This document shows, piece by piece, positions 60,803 through 64,000 of a stretch of 64,000 nt of DNA. A model generated the notes under the pieces. That model was not told where the DNA came from. It saw nothing but the letters and a program-made list of their open reading frames with translations, and did no database searches. Position 1 is the first letter of the stretch. The number at the start of each line of letters is the position of its first letter. Both the position numbers and the translations under genes were made by a program. Source of the DNA: an uncultured Verrucomicrobiota bacterium (GTDB taxonomy: Bacteria > Verrucomicrobiota > Verrucomicrobiia > Limisphaerales > J093); assembly GCA_964568145.1 (NCBI GenBank), contig CAZMOZ010000001.1, positions 195,536 to 259,535 on the forward strand, given 5' to 3'.

Positions 60803-63800
60803 ATGGAACTTGCCCGCTTCCAGCCTTCCCCGGCGCAGGTGCGTGCCTTTCTCAAGCGGCACCACACCGGGCTGATCACGCTGCTCTTCACAGACATCGT
60901 GGGCTCGGTGCTGCTCAAGCAGCGCCTGGGCGACGCCGAGGGCGTGCGGCGGGTGCAGCAGCATCACGCCTTGCTCCGCGAGATTCTCCGGCAGTTTCCC
61001 GAGGGGCAGGAGATCAACACGGCGGGCGACTCGTTCCTGCTCATGTTCACCACGCCCTCAGAGGCCGTGAAGTACGCCTTGCTGGTGCAGTCGCGGCTCC
61101 GGGCGGAGGCGGCGACGGCGGATTACCCCATCTTGGACCGCGTCGGCATCCACGTGGGCGAGGTGTTCATCGCCGAGCGTTCCCAAGGCGGCAGCCGCGA
61201 CCTGTACGGCATCCAGGTGGACACCTGCGCGCGGGTGATGTCGCTGGCCTGCGCGGACCAGATCCTCATGACGCGCTTTGCCTTCGACAACGCGCGGCAG
61301 GTGCTCAAGGGACGTGACCTTGAGCACCTGGGCGAACTCGAGTGGCTCAACCACGGCCAGTACATCGTGGACGGCGTGGACGGGCCGCTGGAAATCTGCG
61401 AAGTCGGCGAGCGCGGCAAGGCCTTTCTCCGCCCGCCGGCGCCCACCAAGCACGCCCGCCGGGTGGCGGCGGACACCGGCGTGGTGACGGGCTGGCGGCC
61501 GGCCGTGGGGCAGAACGTGCCGGGCACGCAATGGACGCTCCAGGCCAAGATCGCCGACGGCACGCTGGGCGAGGTGTGGCTGGGCCGCCACGCCGAGCTC
61601 AAGGAGCAGCGGGTGTTCAAGTTCTGCTTCGACGCCGAGCGGGTTCGCGCGCTCCAGCGCGAGGTGAAGCTGTTCCGCGCGCTGAAGCAGCACGCCGGCG
61701 AACACCCGAACATCGTCCGGCTGCTCGAAGTGTATTTCGACGCGCCGCCATATTACATCGTCACCGAATACATCCAGGGCAAGGACCTGAAATCCTGGTG
61801 GGCCGAGAAGAACTCGCTGGCGCACGTGCCGTTGCACACGCGCCTGGAGATCGTGGCCCAGGTGGCCGACGCCCTCCAGGCCGCCCACGACGCGGGCGTC
61901 ATTCATTGCGACGTCAAGCCCTCGAACATCCTCATCGAACTCGATGGCGACCCCGCGGGCGGCGTGATGGCCAAGCTGGCCAACTTCGGCGTCGGCCGGG
62001 CCGTCTCGAAGGAAGTCCTGGCCGGCGTGGCCGGGGATGAGACCACGCAGACTGGTTCGCCGCCGACCCCGTATTCGAGCGAGACGCAGCTTTATCTGGC
62101 GCCCGAGCGCCTGGCCGGGCACCCCCCCACGATCCGGGCGGACCTCTACTCGCTGGGCGTGGTGCTTTACCAGTTGCTGGTGGACGACCTGAGGCGCCCG
62201 GTGTCCGTGGACTGGGAGCGATCCATCGCGGACGACCTGTTGCGGGATGACCTGGCGCGCTGCTTCGCCGGCAACCCGGGCGAGCGCTTTTCCAGCGCGG
62301 CCGAACTCGCGGCCAATCTCCGCAACCTCGAGATCCGCCGGAACGCCGCCACGAAACATCAGGAAGAGCTCCAGCACCGTGAGCGCATGGCCTACCGGCG
62401 AGGCGTGATCCGCACCGCCGGCATCGCCGTGGTGGCGGTGGGCGTCGTGGCCACGCTCGCCTGGCTGGCCATTCAAGGGCAGCGGACCGCGCGGCTCGAA
62501 GCCGGCCGGGCCGCCCACGCCGCCCGGGAAAGTCAGCACCGCCTTGAACGCCTCAACGTCGCTTACGGCGTGCGGCTCATGGAGTTGAACGATCTGCTCA
62601 GCGCCTTCCAGCGCACTGTCAACGCCTGGCGCATCGCCGAATCGCTGGGCGAGCCGGCGGAAATCCACCGCATCCGCGCCGCGTCGCTACTGCGCCATTC
62701 GCCCCGGCTGCTCCAGCTATGGAGCTTCGACGACGACGTGTTGGACGTGGATTTCAGCCCGGACGGACAGCACATGGTCACGGCGCATTCCCGCACCGGC
62801 GCCCGGCTCTGGAACTTCGTCACCGGGGAGCAACTGGCGGTCCTGGCAGACGGGCGCCATGTGGAATTCGCCGGCTTCAGCCCCGCAGGCAACCGGATTC
62901 TCACCGCCGGCGAAGTGCGGGACACCGGACGCTGGGAGGTGAGCTTGTGGGACACCCGCACCGGCCAGCCGGCCGGTCAGAGCTGGATGCTGAACGACGA
63001 AGTGAGTTACGCCCGGTTTCTCCACAACGACCGGGGTGTCGTGGCGGCCACAGTCACCGGCGAAGTCTGGATTTGGGACGCGTCCACCGGCGGGGTCGTC
63101 GCGCGGTTTCGTCCGCATTCCGGCAAGGTCGAACACGTGGCTGTGAGCGCGGATGACGAATTGCTCGCCACCGGCGGCGAAGACGGCACTGTCTTGCTGA
63201 CGCGTATCACCACCGGCCAACCGTTGGTCGAGCGGCTGTACATCGGCCGGAACCTGGTCCGCGTCGCGTTCAGCCCCGACAGCCGTCGGCTGGCGACCGC
63301 CAGCCAGGATTCGTTCGGGCGGATTTGGGAGGTGGCCACAGGCCGGCTGCTCCACGAATTGCCGCATGAACCCGGCACCTGGCTCACGGACATCCAGTTC
63401 AGCCCGGAAGGGCGGCGGGTGTTGACCGCCAGTTGGGACGGCACCGCCCGCCTCTGGGACGCGCAAACCGGCCAGTCGGTGTGCCATCCGTTCCGGCACC
63501 AGCACAGCGTCATGCGAGGCCGGTTCAGCCCGGACGGACGGCGCGTGCTCACGGCGTGCTTCGATCAAGCCGCGCGGGTCTGGGACGTGGACACCGGCGA
63601 ACTTGTGGCCTCGCCGCTCAAGCACAGCGGTTACGTGCGTCTGACCCAGTTCGACGCGGAAGGCCGGCGCGTGCTCAGCGTGGGCGGCGACCGGATCGTC
63701 CGGCTTTGGGACCTCGCCACCGACGAGCCTTCGCAGCAGACCTTGGAGCATGCGGCGGCGGTAAATGCCGTGGCCTTCAGCGAGGACGGCAAACGCATCG

Positions 63801-64000
63801 CCTCGGCCAGCGATGACCACACGGCGCGGGTGTGGGACGCGGCGACCCGCAAGCCTGCGGGCCCGCCGCTGGTCCATCCGGGCGAAGTCACCTTCGTGGC
63901 GTTCCAGCCGCGCGGGCATCTGTTGTTGACGCTGCAGGACAACGGCCCGGCCTTGCTCTGGGACACCCGGGTTGCGGCTTCGTCGCAGCCGACGTCCCTG
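60803..64000 (+). CDS. multidomain signalling protein: class III cyclase-homology domain + Ser/Thr-kinase-like domain + TM helix + WD40 repeats; 3' end beyond the window
   Basis: Hand translation from ATG 60803 stays open for 1066 codons to nt 64000; the gene is not in the ORF track because there is no stop in the window. The cyclase-like blocks are LLFTDIVGS, NTAGDSFLLMF and GIQVDTCARV. The kinase-like blocks are VFKFCF, HCDVKPSNIL, LANFG and YLAPE. The TM helix is IRTAGIAVVAVGVVATLAWLAI. At least 9 WD-type repeats end in LWN, LWD, IWD, IWE, VWD and similar motifs. Confidence 0.85.
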   Translation, partial: MELARFQPSPAQVRAFLKRHHTGLITLLFTDIVGSVLLKQRLGDAEGVRRVQQHHALLREILRQFPEGQEINTAGDSFLLMFTTPSEAVKYALLVQSRLRAEAATADYPILDRVGIHVGEVFIAERSQGGSRDLYGIQVDTCARVMSLACADQILMTRFAFDNARQVLKGRDLEHLGELEWLNHGQYIVDGVDGPLEICEVGERGKAFLRPPAPTKHARRVAADTGVVTGWRPAVGQNVPGTQWTLQAKIADGTLGEVWLGRHAELKEQRVFKFCFDAERVRALQREVKLFRALKQHAGEHPNIVRLLEVYFDAPPYYIVTEYIQGKDLKSWWAEKNSLAHVPLHTRLEIVAQVADALQAAHDAGVIHCDVKPSNILIELDGDPAGGVMAKLANFGVGRAVSKEVLAGVAGDETTQTGSPPTPYSSETQLYLAPERLAGHPPTIRADLYSLGVVLYQLLVDDLRRPVSVDWERSIADDLLRDDLARCFAGNPGERFSSAAELAANLRNLEIRRNAATKHQEELQHRERMAYRRGVIRTAGIAVVAVGVVATLAWLAIQGQRTARLEAGRAAHAARESQHRLERLNVAYGVRLMELNDLLSAFQRTVNAWRIAESLGEPAEIHRIRAASLLRHSPRLLQLWSFDDDVLDVDFSPDGQHMVTAHSRTGARLWNFVTGEQLAVLADGRHVEFAGFSPAGNRILTAGEVRDTGRWEVSLWDTRTGQPAGQSWMLNDEVSYARFLHNDRGVVAATVTGEVWIWDASTGGVVARFRPHSGKVEHVAVSADDELLATGGEDGTVLLTRITTGQPLVERLYIGRNLVRVAFSPDSRRLATASQDSFGRIWEVATGRLLHELPHEPGTWLTDIQFSPEGRRVLTASWDGTARLWDAQTGQSVCHPFRHQHSVMRGRFSPDGRRVLTACFDQAARVWDVDTGELVASPLKHSGYVRLTQFDAEGRRVLSVGGDRIVRLWDLATDEPSQQTLEHAAAVNAVAFSEDGKRIASASDDHTARVWDAATRKPAGPPLVHPGEVTFVAFQPRGHLLLTLQDNGPALLWDTRVAASSQPTSL

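Overview
This is a 64-kb, high-G+C bacterial chromosomal window. Gene content, giant Ig/PA14 proteins, FG-GAP/ASPIC paralogs and heptamer/REP-style intergenic repeats suggest a PVC-group, Verrucomicrobiota-like genome, but that is inference only. I can support about 40 protein genes, 2 tRNAs, 4 intrinsic terminators and several repeat families. The layout from start to end is as follows. (1) The hopanoid radical-SAM genes hpnH and hpnJ are separated by an AT-richer two-gene ABC-type ATPase + mini-Toprim cassette, a candidate split-OLD/PARIS/AbiL-like defence module. (2) Next come an EF-P-like gene, a DUF72 gene and a peroxiredoxin. (3) A compact selenium island follows that the ORF track cannot show: a SelW-like selenoprotein with an in-frame TGA, tRNA-Sec, and a Sec-containing SelD, each coding gene with a GGUC-tipped hairpin after its TGA. 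(4) An FKBP isomerase and an agmatine deiminase are bracketed by inverted MITE-like repeats, followed by rpsT. (5) A roughly 28-kb same-strand block encodes paralogous secreted proteins: four ~1250-aa double-module FG-GAP/UnbV-ASPIC proteins, a CxxCH+FG-GAP protein, a TPR+SGNH protein and two giant lectin/PA14/Ig proteins. Several of these carry heptanucleotide repeats in their inter-module linkers. (6) The remainder holds selA, a peripheral-arm-only nuoBCDEFG cluster interrupted by an antisense tRNA-Gln, accA, a mannose-6-P isomerase, an OMP + Ig-protein pair, kup, and a cyclase-kinase-WD40 fusion that runs off the window end. I saw no transposase, integrase, rRNA or CRISPR array. All family assignments are by eye from motifs and memory; no searches or folding programs were run.
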